From: Gammaproteobacteria bacterium
GTDB lineage: Bacteria > Pseudomonadota > Gammaproteobacteria > Eutrophobiales > Eutrophobiaceae
NCBI GenBank assembly: GCA_963422205.2
Contig: CAXMWX010000001.1
Coordinates: 1 to 64,000 of the forward strand
Reading direction: 5' to 3'
DNA length: 64,000 nt
The notes under the pieces were generated by a model. That model was given only the letters and a program-made list of their open reading frames with translations, did not search any database and had not been told where the DNA came from. Below are positions 1 to 13,340 of the stretch, in pieces. The position numbers were made by a program, and so were the translations under genes. Every line of letters begins with the position of its first letter. Position 1 is the stretch's first letter.

Positions 1-3000
1 ACGATGACCGGGGTGGTGGGCGGCAGCACCGCCCTGGGCGCTGTCACCATCCGCAGTGCCAGAGATGTCACCCTGGCAGCGGTCACAGCCGCCAGCCTGA
101 CCCAGGAGGGGACTTCTGCTGGCACGGCGGGCGGCACCGGCACCACCACCCTGGGCGGCAATCTGACCACCAGCACGGCCACAGGCGTGAACATCATCAC
201 CAGTGCCATCGCTGTCAACAACACCATCACCACCACCACGGGCAATGGGACAGTCACGCTCAATGCCAGTGGCAGCACCAGCCCAGCCCTGACCTTGGCC
301 GATGCCACCAGTACGAGCGATACAGCAACGGCGGACATCATGGCGGGCGGGGCAGTCGACCTGACCGGTACGGGCGGCATCAGCATCTCTGGCGACATCA
401 CCACCACCAACGATAACATCACTTTCAACTCCGCCACCACCTTGACCGGCGCTGTGGCATTGAACACCGGTACGGGGGCAGGCGACATCAGCTTCAGCAG
501 CACGGTGAATGGCGCTCACGCCCTGACCTTAACCGCCGGTATGGGCGACATTACGATGACCGGGGTGGTGGGCGGCAGCACCGCCCACATTGGCAATTTG
601 ACGGTTAGCGGCAACGACATTGAGTTTGATGACAATGTGGAGGCACAGGCCATCATGGTCACGACCACAAACGCAGGCAGTATTGATGTCCGCGGCGTGA
701 CGCTCGATGCCAATGACAGCAACCTGACCTTCCGCACGGCCAGCTTCATGGTGGATGGGTCGACGGAACTGCGCTCAACCGGCACGGCTGTTGATACCAT
801 GGTCACCTTTGCGGGCGAGAGCAATGCTGACCGTATCCGCATAGGCGATGCCACCACGGGGACGATGGGTCTGCATCTGACCGCACAGGCACTGCAAGCC
901 GTGCGTTCAACCATTGAGAGCATCGTCATTGGCCGGTCGGGTCAGTCAGGGGCGATTACGGTCAATCAGATGGGCGGTTTCACGTTAAGCAACAGCAGCC
1001 TGCACCTGCGTTCAACCGGCTGGGTTGCTGTGGGCAGCGATGTGACCCTCAGCAGGACGGACAGCCCCTTGAGGGTGGACGGCCCGCTTACCCTGACCGG
1101 CAACCTGACCACCAATGCGGGCAATATCATGATCACGGGCGCCACCACCTTGACCGGCGCTGTGGCATTGAACACCGGTACGGGGGCGGGCAACATCAGC
1201 TTCAGCAGCACCGTTGAAGGCACCACGGCCGACGCTGACGCCCTGACCTTAACCGCCGGTATGGGCGACATTACGATGACCGGGGTGGTGGGCGGCAGCA
1301 CCGCCCTGGGCGCTGTCACCATCCGCAGTGCCAGAGATGTCACCCTGGCAGCGGTCACAGCCGCCAGCCTGACCCAGGAGGGGACTTCTGCTGGCACGGC
1401 GGGCGGCACCGGCACCACCACCCTGGGCGGCAATCTGACCACCAGCACGGCCACAGGCGTGAACATCATCACCAGTGCCATCGCTGTCAACAACACCATC
1501 ACCACCACCACGGGCAATGGGACAGTCACGCTCAATGCCAGTGGCAGCACCAGCCCAGCCCTGACCCTGGCCGATGCCACCAGTACGAGCGATACAGCAA
1601 CGGCGGACATCATGGCGGGCGGGGCAGTCGACCTGACCGGTACGGGCGGCATCAGCATCTCTGGCGACATCACCACCACCAACGATAACATCACTTTCAA
1701 CTCCGCCACCACCTTGACCGGCGCTGTGGCATTGAACACCGGGTCGGGGGCGGGCAACATCAGCTTCAGCAGCACCGTTGAAGGCACCACGGCCGACGCT
1801 GACGCCCTGACCTTAACCGCCGGTATGGGCGACATTACGATGACCGGGGTGGTGGGCGGCAGCACCGCCCTGGGCGCTGTCACCATCCGCAGTGCCAGAG
1901 ATGTCACCCTGGCAGCGGTCACAGCCGCCAGCCTGACCCAGGAGGGGACTTCTGCTGGCACGGCGGGCGGCACCGGCACCACCACCCTGGGCGGCAATCT
2001 GACCACCAGCACGGCCACAGGCGTGAACATCATCACCAGTGCCATCGCTGTCAACAACACCATCACCACCACCACGGGCAATGGGACAGTCACGCTCAAT
2101 GCCAGTGGCAGCACCAGCCCAGCCCTGACCCTGGCCGATGCCACCAGTACGAGCGATACAGCAACGGCGGACATCATGGCGGGCGGGGCAGTCGACCTGA
2201 CCGGTACGGGCGGCATCAGCATCTCTGGCGACATCACCACCACCAACGATAACATCACTTTCAACTCCGCCACCACCTTGACCGGCGCTGTGGCATTGAA
2301 CACCGGTACGGGGGCAGGCGACATCAGCTTCAGCAGCACGGTGAATGGCGCTCACGCCCTGACCTTAACCGCCGGTATGGGCGACATTACGATGACCGGG
2401 GTGGTGGGCGGCAGCACCGCCCTGGGCGCTGTCACCATCCGCAGTGCCAGAGATGTCACCCTGGCAGCGGTCACAGCCGCCAGCCTGACCCAGGAGGGGA
2501 CTTCTGCTGGCACGGCGGGCGGCACCGGCACCACCACCCTGGGCGGCAATCTGACCACCAGCACGGCCACAGGCGTGAACATCATCACCAGTGCCATCGC
2601 TGTCAACAACACCATCACCACCACCACGGGCAATGGGACAGTCACGCTCAATGCCAGTGGCAGCACCAGCCCAGCCCTGACCCTGGCCGATGCCACCAGT
2701 ACGAGCGATACAGCAACGGCGGACATCATGGCGGGCGGGGCAGTCGACCTGACCGGTACGGGCGGCATCAGCATCTCTGGCGACATCACCACCACCAACG
2801 ATAACATCACTTTCAACTCCGCCACCACCTTGACCGGCGCTGTGGCATTGAACACCGGGTACGGGGGCGGGCAACATCAGCTTCAGCAGCACCGTTGAAG
2901 GCACCACGGCCGACGCTGACGCCCTGACCTTAACCGCCGGTATGGGCGACATTACGATGACCGGGGTGGTGGGCGGCAGCACCGCCCTGGGCGCTGTCAC

Positions 3001-4645
3001 CATCCGCAGTGCCAGAGATGTCACCCTGGCAGCGGTCACAGCCGCCAGCCTGACCCAGGAGGGGACTTCTGCTGGCACGGCGGGCGGCACCGGCACCACC
3101 ACCCTGGGCGGCAATCTGACCACCAGCACGGCCACAGGCGTGAACATCATCACCAGTGCCATCGCTGTCAACAACACCATCACCACCACCACGGGCAATG
3201 GGACAGTCACGCTCAATGCCAGTGGCAGCACCAGCCCAGCCCTGACCCTGGCCGATGCCACCAGTACGAGCGATACAGCAACGGCGGACATCATGGCGGG
3301 CGGGGCAGTCGACCTGACCGGTACGGGCGGCATCAGCATCTCTGGCGACATCACCACCACCAACGATAACATCACTTTCAACTCCGCCACCACCTTGACC
3401 GGCGCTGTGGCATTGAACACCGGTACGGGGGCAGGCAACATCAGCTTCAGCAGCACCGTTGAAGGCACCACGGCCGACGCTGACGCCCTGACCTTAACCG
3501 CCGGTATGGGCGACATTACGATGACCGGGGTGGTGGGCGGCAGCACCGCCCTGGGCGCTGTCACCATCCGCAGTGCCAGAGATGTCACCCTGGCAGCGGT
3601 CACAGCCGCCAGCCTGACCCAGGAGGGGACTTCTGCTGGCACGGCGGGCGGCACCGGCACCACCACCCTGGGCGGCAATCTGACCACCAGCACGGCCACA
3701 GGCGTGAACATCATCACCAGTGCCATCGCTGTCAACAACACCATCACCACCACCACGGGCAATGGGACAGTCACGCTCAATGCCAGTGGCAGCACCAGCC
3801 CAGCCCTGACCCTGGCCGATGCCACCAGTACGAGCGATACAGCAACGGCGGACATCATGGCGGGCGGGGCAGTCGACCTGACCGGTACGGGCGGCATCAG
3901 CATCTCTGGCGACATCACCACCACCAACGATAACATCACTTTCAACTCCGCCACCACCTTGACCGGCGCTGTGGCATTGAACACCGGGTCGGGGGCGGGC
4001 AACATCAGCTTCAGCAGCACCGTTGAAGGCACCACGGCCGACGCTGACGCCCTGACCTTAACCGCCGGTATGGGCGACATTACGATGACCGGGGTGGTGG
4101 GCGGCAGCACCGCCCTGGGCGCTGTCACCATCCGCAGTGCCAGAGATGTCACCCTGGCAGCGGTCACAGCCGCCAGCCTGACCCAGGAGGGGACTTCTGC
4201 TGGCACGGCGGGCGGCACCGGCACCACCACCCTGGGCGGCAATCTGACCACCAGCACGGCCACAGGCGTGAACATCATCACCAGTGCCATCGCTGTCAAC
4301 AACACCATCACCACCACCACGGGCAATGGGACAGTCACGCTCAATGCCAGTGGCAGCACCAGCCCAGCCCTGACCCTGGCCGATGCCACCAGTACGAGCG
4401 ATACAGCAACGGCGGACATCATGGCGGGCGGGGCAGTCGACCTGACCGGTACGGGCGGCATCAGCATCTCTGGCGACATCACCACCACCAACGATAACAT
4501 CACTTTCAACTCCGCCACCACCTTGACCGGCGCTGTGGCATTGAACACCGGTACGGGGGCAGGCGACATCAGCTTCAGCAGCACGGTGAATGGCGCTCAC
4601 GCCCTGACCTTAACCGCCGGTATGGGCGACATTACGATGACCGGG
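1..4645 (+). repeat. Intragenic tandem array of near-identical 552/564-bp units (184/188 aa), 7 units visible
   Basis: Marker ATGGGCGACATTACGATGACC at 541, 1261, 1825, 2377, 2942, 3506, 4070, 4622; spacings 720 (largely unique module), 564, 552, 565, 564, 564, 552. Confidence 0.95.
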
Positions 4646-7600
4646 GCAGTCGGTGGCACAACGGCGCTGATGCGCCTGGCGATCACCACGGCTGGCCAGG
4701 TGGATGTGGCCAGTGTGAGGACGAGCGGCGCACAGGCCATCACGGCTAACAACATAGACTTAAACGGCGCCACTTACCGCAGCACGGGCGGCGGCATCAC
4801 CCTGACCGGGCCGGTGGATTTGACCGCCGCTGCCGTGACTATCCGCAGTGGCGGCGGGGCGGGCGATGACATCACCATCACCGGGGCGATTAACAATGCG
4901 GCCATGGCTGGTAGCCGTGCATCCCTCACCCTTAATGCCGGTACGGGGGGGGATATAGACTTGCAGTCCACCGCCAACGGGGGGCTGTCGAATGCGACTG
5001 ATACTGTGACCACGGTGGGGACGGGCAGTAACAGCACGACTTACCTGGACACCTTCACCATCACCAATGCCCGGAATATCACGCTGACCACCATGGTTGC
5101 CAATACCATCAACATCACCGCACAGAACGACATCACCGCCGTGATACGGCCAATGATTTCTAATCAGGACATTCGTGCCAGAACGGGCGATTTGACCATC
5201 ATGGCGGGCGGTACGCTGACCCTGGCCGATGCAACCGATGTAACCACAACCACCCCTGACGACCGCCGTACCCGGCTGGTGGCCGAGACGGGGGCGGTGG
5301 CGCTCACGGCGGCTACCTTGACGACAGAAACCAACGATACCACAAATGCCCCCCAGATTGTCTCGGCGATGCCGATCGTCCTGGGGGCAGGGGGCGGTAC
5401 GATAGGCATCGGCTCACAGGCGGCGGCCTCGGATATGAACATTAACGATGAGACCTTGAACTCAACTGGCGGGTGCATCACCATTGGCAGTGCCAGTTCA
5501 GGGCGGGTCTCGCTGGACATGGCAACGGCTTTCACTGGCAGCCTGCTGACGATTATCACCGGTGCGGCTATTGATGATAATAACATGGGTACGGCCTTTG
5601 AAAGTGCGACTGGCCACCTGGTTCTGACCAGCGGCGGGGCGATAGGCAGTGCCAGTGGGACGGATGGGCTGAGCATGGATGTGGCGCAGCTGACCATCAC
5701 AGCAACTGGCGGCAGTGCGGTGAGGATAAGCAATGCGGGCAGCAACAATGCCGCCTATACCATTGGCAGCATGGCGGCGGTGGGGGCTGTCACCCTCGCC
5801 CAGACAGCCAATACCATGACGATCAACCAAATCCAGGCAGACGGGGCCGTCAGCCTGATGGCCGGTACGGCGATGGCGCCATCAAACATCGAGATCATCG
5901 GCATGGTGACCGGCGGTGCGGCAGATACGATCACCATCAATGCGGCGAGTATTACGGGCATGCCAACCGGCGTATTAAGCGGCGGCGGCGTTTCTCTGAC
6001 CGCCGTCACAGGCATCGGTGGCAGCCCCGCATTGAGGTTACGCACAGGGGCGATCAGCGCCACCACAGCTTCCGGCGATATCACGATCAGCAATGCCATG
6101 CCGGCGGCGGTGAGGATCACGGCCATGTCTACCGGCGGCAGCGGGGGTGATATCCGCTACACGCAAGCGAATAATCAATCGTTGTCGCTGGCCGGTCTTG
6201 CTACGACTGATGGTAATATCACTATCAATAACAGCGGCGGGACGGGTGCTGACATTACCATCGTTGATGCCGGTATTGCAGGTGATATGACAAATGGTGT
6301 TGTCACGATTAACGCCACCGGTGCGATTAATGATGCCCAGATAAACTTCAACACCATCACGGACATCACGGCGCATCGCATCAACCTGACGGCGGCGGCG
6401 GGCGTTGGCGGTATGGCCGATGTGGATATGGCGGCCAGCGAGCTGATGGTGACAGTCAGTGCTGCCGGGAATGTGGTGATTAACGAAGCAGATAGCATCA
6501 GTCTGGCTGGCATCAGCATCAGTGATGGTAATTTCAGCCTCACCACCACGGGGGATATTACCAGTTCGACCTCAGTCTCTATCAATGGTACAACACGGCT
6601 TAATGCGGGCAGTGCATCGATTACCTTAGATAATGCGAACAACGACTTCATGGGGGCGGTCAGCCTTGTCGGAGCAAATGCCACCTTGAGGGACAGCAAT
6701 GCCATTGCCTTCGGCAATTCCACCCTCAGTGGCACCCTCAATGTGATGGCCGATGGGGACATGACCCAGTCCGGTGCCGTCTCTGTGGCTGGCACAACAC
6801 GGCTTAATGTCGGCAATCATGCTATTACCCTGAACGATGCGAACAATGACTTCATGGGGGCGGTCAGTATCGCCGGTATCATTGCCGGCCTGACCCTGGT
6901 GGACAGTAACGATTTGACCCTGGGCGCCGTGACCACCGGTGCCAATGCCAGTATTGAAGTCGGTGGTCGTGTGACATTCACCGATATGACCGGCATCGGC
7001 GGGCAGCTGATGGTGACCGGTGCGGCGATAGACTTGAACAATACGATAAGTGCTGACAGCCTGCGCCTTGATGCCAGCACCGGTGCTGGGGCCATCAGCC
7101 AGACGGCGGGCAGCCTGATGGTGGCAGGCGAGGCTGAGTTTCTGGCACAGGCCGGCGATGACATTACCCTGAACGATGCGAACAATGACTTCATGGGGGC
7201 GGTCAGCCTTGTCGGAGCAAATGCCACCTTGAGGGACAGCAATGCCATTGCCTTCGGCAATTCCACCCTCAGTGGCACCCTCAATGTGATGGCCGATGGG
7301 GACATGACCCAGTCCGGTGCCGTCTCAGTGGCTGGTACAACACGGCTTAATGTCGGCAATCATGCCATTACTCTGAACGATGCGAACAATGACTTCATGG
7401 GGGCGGTCAGCCTTGTCGGAGCAAATGCCACCTTGAGGGACAGCAATGCCATTGCCTTCGGCAATTCCACCCTCAGTGGCACCCTCAATGTGATGGCCGA
7501 TGGGGACATGACCCAGTCCGGTGCCGTCTCTGTGGCTGGCACAACACGGCTTAATGTCGGCAATCATGCTATTACCCTGAACGATGCGAACAATGACTTC

Positions 7601-10600
7601 ATGGGGGCGGTCAGTATCGCCGGTATCATTGCCGGCCTGACCCTGGTGGACAGTAACGATTTGACCCTGGGCGCCGTGACCACCGGTGCCAATGCCAGTA
7701 TTGAAGTCGGTGGTCGTGTGACATTCACCGATATGACCGGCATCGGCGGGCAGCTGATGGTGACCGGTGCGGCGATAGACTTGAACAATACGATAAGTGC
7801 TGACAGCCTGCGCCTTGATGCCAGCACCGGTGCTGGGGCCATCAGCCAGACGGCGGGCAGCCTGATGGTGGCAGGCGAGGCTGAGTTTCTGGCACAGGCC
7901 GGCGATGACATTACCCTGAACGATGCGAACAATGACTTCATGGGGGCGGTCAGCCTTGTCGGAGCAAATGCCACCTTGAGGGACAGCAATGCCATTGCCT
8001 TCGGCAATTCCACCCTCAGTGGCACCCTCAATGTGATGGCCGATGGGGACATGACCCAGTCCGGTGCCGTCTCTGTGGCTGGCACAACACGGCTTAATGT
8101 CGGCAATCATGCTATTACCCTGAACGATGCGAACAATGACTTCATGGGGGCGGTCAGTATCGCCGGTATCATTGCCGGCCTGACCCTGGTGGACAGTAAC
8201 GATTTGACCCTGGGCGCCGTGACCACCGGTGCCAATGCCAGTATTGAAGTCGGTGGTCGTGTGACATTCACCGATATGACCGGCCATCGGCGGGCAGCTG
8301 ATGGTGACCGGTGCGGCGATAGACTTGAACAATACGATAAGTGCTGACAGCCTGCGCCTTGATGCCAGCACCGGTGCTGGGGCCATCAGCCAGACGGCGG
8401 GCAGCCTGATGGTGGCAGGCGAGGCTGAGTTTCTGGCACAGGCCGGCGATGACATTACCCTGAACGATGCGAACAATGACTTCATGGGGGCGGTCAGCCT
8501 TGTCGGGAGAGATGTGACCATTCGGACGGTCAGTAATCTCATGATTGATATGGCCAGTGCGAGTAATGATCTGAGGTTGAATTTTGGTGCGGCTGAGGCA
8601 TCCGTGTTTGATCTGGCGAGCACGGCAGGTCGGCTGACAGTGGGCGGTACTGTCTTTGTGGGTGGCGGCGGGGCGGATGACACGATATTGATCAGTGATA
8701 CAACGAATATCTGGACGCTCACAGGCATCAACTCCGGCACGATTAATGCCGGGGGGGTGAATTATCAGTTTACCGACCTGGCCAACCTGATTGGCAATAT
8801 GGGGGCCGATACGTTTATCTTTAATGCCGGTGGCAGCCTCTCTGGCAGGGCCGATGGAGGCGAGGGTGTTGATGCGCTCGATTTCAACGGCATGGCGCAG
8901 AGCATCACGATTACCGGGCCGGGCAGTGTTGATGGCTTTGCCGGCGGTGCCACCAGCCTGGCGGATTTCGATAACATTGACAGCATTGATGGCACGGATG
9001 CTATGGATACCTTGACCGTGCAGCCAGAGACCGATGCAACATATACCCTGACCGCCGGGACGGATACTTATGAATCAGCCGATGGGAGGCTGCCTTTTGA
9101 TAATATCGAGAATATTATTGCCGGGGTGGGTGATGATACGTTCAATGTTGATGGTGATCATAGCGGCGATATACGTAGTGTGTGACGGCGATGATATATT
9201 TAATTTTAATATGGCAACATTAACGGGCAATGTGGCGGCTGGCAGCGGTGAGAATACCTATAACTTTGGCCGTGGTCGAATCAACGGTAATTTTGACATA
9301 GAAGGCAATGATACCTGGAATTATACCGATGGCATTAGTCTGGGTAATACGGTTACCGGCACCGGCGCCCTGAATGTGCCTAATAATGCTGAGGCCATCG
9401 AAGGTAATAATCTTGATGTAAGTCCCAGTGGTTTGAATTTGCCGGACCTGACCAACTTCAGGGGACATCTGATTCTCGGTGGCACCTTAACGCCGGCCAT
9501 ATTACCGGTTGAGTCTGAGAGTGATATCATGGTCAACACAGACCAGCTCACGGTCAATGAAGATATTGTGACTGGCGGTGATCTTACATTGCTGGCCCGC
9601 AAAGTGGATCTGGGCGCTGATCTGACGGCCAGGGATATTGGCGGTGAGAATATCCTCATCACGGCAACGGGCAGTGAAGATGGATCGGTGCCGGGCGATA
9701 TCTCTGCAACAAAAACCTTGCCCGTGGAGATCCGGGCGGGTTCTTTGACGCTACTCTCTGACAATGAGATTATTGATTCTGCCAATATCAATGTGCGTCT
9801 GGGCCGGGGTGATTTGCAGGTTGCCGTTGGTGCCGGCCAGGAGGCGCCACAGTTTGGTTTGCTGGATGCCACGCCGACCGCATTGTCTGATGCGGTGACG
9901 GCCTTCTTCTCCGAGGTTGCTGCCGGCGGTCAGGTTGTCTCGGTTGGTCAGGATGCCACCCAGGCTAATTTGGCAGGTAATATATTCGGTCTTGAGCAGG
10001 TGGCCAGCATTGATCTCGGTTTGTTTGAAGAGGATTTATCCCTGTTTAGTACGATTGGTAATGGTATTGCCTTATCGCTGGCCATGTGTGAGGAGGTGGA
10101 AGGGTGTGCGCCCGATGTAACCGAGGTTGAGCTGGATGAGTTGATCATCCAGCTTGAGGGACGTATAGAGGAGTTAAATAAACGTTTGCTGGAAGCGGAC
10201 TCACCCGAAGCGAGGGCAAAAATTGAAACGCTGCTCAGTGATTATGAACAACAGATAGCGGATTTCGAAAAGTATAAACGTGAACTGCAAGCGTTCTATG
10301 CAGCAGATGAGGAGGATGATGCAGAGCTTGATGATGATTTTCTGGATCAGTTTGGCGATGAGGCACCGACTGTCGAGCAACGAGTCCAGAGCCTGCGTGA
10401 TATATTGCAGACATTGCAGAGCCGCATGGAATGGCTGGAGAGCTTGAAGGCGGATGCCGGCGCCAGGGCGAAGCTGGGGACTGCCACCGGTATCGACCTG
10501 ACCATAGAGGCCATTGATGAACTCATTGGTGCGATTGAACAGGAAGCGCTTTTCATTGATGCACAGATCAAATTACTGCTGGAGGGCCTTGAAGCGCATC

Positions 10601-10722
10601 TGCCAGAGCCAGCCTTTCAGGCCGAGCTGGCGGATGCCGGACGGATACAGCATATACACTACGGCCCGGCCTTAATGAAGCCCGATGATCAACGCTTGAC
10701 CTCCTCTGCCGGTTTTCATTGA
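1..10722 (+). CDS. Giant repetitive Thr/Gly/Ala-rich adhesin or haemagglutinin-like surface protein, 5'-truncated, >=3570 aa once three +1 insertions (~2858, ~8284, ~9181) are removed
   Basis: ORFs 4-2898, 2942-8347, 8301-9185 and 9070-10722 join into one frame when one base is removed at each junction. For the first two junctions the extra base is visible against sister repeat copies. Beta-helix-like composition. Confidence 0.8.
6640..8505 (+). repeat. Second intragenic array of 204-bp (A) and 339-bp (B) modules in order A-B-A-A-B-A-B
   Basis: Marker TTCATGGGGGCGG (NNDFMGAVS) at 6647, 6851, 7190, 7394, 7598, 7937, 8141, 8481. Confidence 0.95.
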
Positions 10723-10936
10723 TAACAGGCCCTGCTGTTTGATTTTAGGGCCGCATCTTATCTCGCGTGTGTGCTTTTAAAGCGACGGTGCCTTTGCTGT
10801 CTGTGTGCATGTCTGTGTGCTGTTATACGTTGAATCGGGCGGCTATGCCGTCACTGCTTTAAGCGGCTTATCAGCCCTTGTCTTTTCCCTGATCTTTTTA
10901 TGCCATCTTCGGGCATGGCTTTGCATCTCTGTGCGT

Positions 10937-12377
10937 TTACTCTACGCCGCCAACCGTCATATCGTCAATTCGAATGGTCGGCTGGCCGACACCCACGGGC
11001 ACGGACTGCCCGTCTTTACCACAGGTGCCGATGCCCGAATCCAGCGCCATGTCGTTGCCGATCATGGCTACCCGGGTCAGCACATCCGGGCCATTGCCGA
11101 TGAGGGTCGCCCCTTTCACCGGACGGGTCAGGCTGGCCGTTTTCAATCAGCCAGGCTTGCGATGCACTGAACACGAATTTGCCGTTGGTGATGTCCACCT
11201 GACCGCCGCCAAACTGTGCAGCATATAACCCTTTATCGACCGATTGAATGATCTCCTCCGGCGCCTTATCGCCGCCTAGCATATAGGTGTTGGTCATTCG
11301 GGGCATGGGCAGGTGGGCGTAGGATTCACGCCTGCCGTTGCCAGTTGGCCGCATGCCCATGAGGCGGGCATTGAGCTTGTCCTGCATGTAGTTACGCAAG
11401 ATGCCGTCCTCGATCAGCGTGGTGGATTCTGTCGGTGTACCCTCATCATCCACACTGAGAGAGCCACGGCGGTCTTTGATGCTGCCATCATCCACCACAG
11501 TGATGCCTTCGGCGGCCACCCGCTCGCCCAGCCGCTGGCTGAAGGCCGAGGTGCCTTTGCGATTAAAATCCCCTTCCAGGCCATGGCCGATCGCTTCATG
11601 CAGCAAGATCCCCGGCCAGCCGGGCCCCAGCACGACCGTCATCGTCCCTGCCGGGGCCGCGCTGGCCGCAAGGTTGGTGAGCGCCTGGCTGACGGCCTCA
11701 TCAATGTATGCATTAATCAACTCGGCATTTTGAAACCAGGTATAGGCAAAGCGACCCCCCCCGCCCGCACTGCCTTTCTCAATCCGGCCATGCTCTTCAA
11801 CCAGCACATTGATGTTCAAGCGTATCAGTGGCCGTCTGTCAGCCGCCAGCGTGCCGTCACTGGCCGCCACCAGCACGGTGGTAAAAGAGCCGGCCAGGCT
11901 GGCAATCACCTGTTTGACCCGGGCATCCTTGGCTCGTGCGCCAGCGTCTATTTGGTGCAGGATGGCAATCTTCTCTTTCGCGCTGATGCTGTTAAGCGGG
12001 TTCGCCGCCGTGTATAACGGCACGATGTCTTGTGAATGCCAGGCGTGCAGCGGTTTGTTGGCGCCGCTGTTTGCGATAGCACGGGCGGCCCTGGCGGCAT
12101 TGTTCAGGGCGGGCAGGATGATCTCATCGGCATAGGCGAAACCGGTTTTATCGCCGCTCACTGCTCGAACGCCCACGCCTTGTTCAATGCTGTGAGAGCC
12201 TTCACGGATAATGCCCTCCTCCAGCATCCAGGACTCTGCCCGGGCGCATTCAAAATACAGATCGGCATGGTCGATATTGTGTCCCATGATCTGATCCAGT
12301 GTCTTTTGCAGGTGGCCGTCATCAAGACCTGCCGGTTGTAACAAGTGTTGTTGTGCCAGGGCAAGCGTGCTGCTCAT
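10937..12377 (-). CDS. tldD: Metalloprotease TldD (one extra base near 11131 splits off the C-terminus)
   Basis: [16 protein letters not shown] and [20 protein letters not shown] motifs; C-terminal [18 protein letters not shown] in the adjacent frame (10937-11146). Confidence 0.93.
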
Positions 12378-12404
12378 GATGTGTGACTCCCAGGGGTTAG
12401 TGAT

Positions 12405-13241
12405 TCAAGGGTTATTGGTCCGGGGATTAGTGATCCGGGGGGTGCGGTGATCCAGGGCGGGGAAGGAATGGCGTAATTCCCTCAGCCGATTCAGATTGAT
12501 ATCAGCCGCCGCTATGCCGGGCCCGGCCTCAACCGAGGCCAGCACCTCGCCCCAGGGATCGATGATCATGCTATGCCCCCAGGTGCGCCGCGTGGGGGTG
12601 TTAGTGCCGGTCTGATTTGAGGCGATCACAAAGCACAGATTCTCCACCGCCCGTGCCTGTAACAGCAGCTGCCAGTGACGCTTGCCCGTGGCATAGGTAA
12701 AGGCGGCCGGGACGGTGAAGATGGTGGCGCCCATGTCAAGCAGTCGGCGATACATCTCCGGGAAGCGCAGATCATAACACACGGTCATGCCAAAATGACC
12801 GAGCGGCGTGTCGGCGACCACCAGCTCGTTGCCCGGGGCGATGCTGCTCGATTCATTGTAAGTCTCGTCACGCTCGACCGATACATCAAACAAATGAATC
12901 TTGTTATAACTGTGGCTGATAATCCCTTCAGGCGTGTAGAGAATACAGGTATTGTATATGCGCTGTGGCTCGCCGCAATCGATAGAGAGCGTGCCGCCCA
13001 TGAGCCAGATGCGGTTATCTGTTGCCTGCTGTGCCAGGAAATCCTGTAGCGGCCCGCTGCCCAGCTTTTCCTTTAGTTGCACCTTGGCCTGTGCATCATC
13101 ACTAAGCAGGGGGAAGAACTCCGGCAGCAGCACGAACTCTGCCCCTTCATCGGCGGCCTGGCGGATCAAGGCCGTGGCCTGTTTGAGGTTAGCCTGCACA
13201 TCCTCACCGGAGTTCATTTGAATGCTGGCCATGCGTGTCAT
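12405..13241 (-). CDS. Carbon-nitrogen hydrolase (Nit-like, deaminated glutathione amidase family)
   Basis: LPE, YNKIHLFDV and VCYDLRFPE Glu-Lys-Cys triad motifs; usual position upstream of tldD; start taken at MTRMASIQM. Confidence 0.9.
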   Translation of the reverse strand: MTRMASIQMNSGEDVQANLKQATALIRQAADEGAEFVLLPEFFPLLSDDAQAKVQLKEKLGSGPLQDFLAQQATDNRIWLMGGTLSIDCGEPQRIYNTCILYTPEGIISHSYNKIHLFDVSVERDETYNESSSIAPGNELVVADTPLGHFGMTVCYDLRFPEMYRRLLDMGATIFTVPAAFTYATGKRHWQLLLQARAVENLCFVIASNQTGTNTPTRRTWGHSMIIDPWGEVLASVEAGPGIAAADINLNRLRELRHSFPALDHRTPRITNPRTNNP

Positions 13242-13340
13242 GCGTGCAGTATACCGAATCAGGGCAGTGACTTTGCTGCCTTTTGCCGCCTTGATGCGGT
13301 ATACTCGCCCCCCGATACTAACCATCTGTCGCCCTGGGTC

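Noticed and set aside
1-8505. Repeat arrays as CRISPR or non-coding satellite
   Set aside because: Units are 204-564 bp, multiples of three, in frame, and have no spacers.
516-8740. Long minus-strand ORFs (up to 739 aa) opposite the adhesin
   Set aside because: Antisense shadows of Thr/Gly/Ala codon repeats, with no independent protein features.
10937-12377. tldD as a pseudogene
   Set aside because: Single indel, both parts otherwise intact; same pattern as the other probable sequencing errors.
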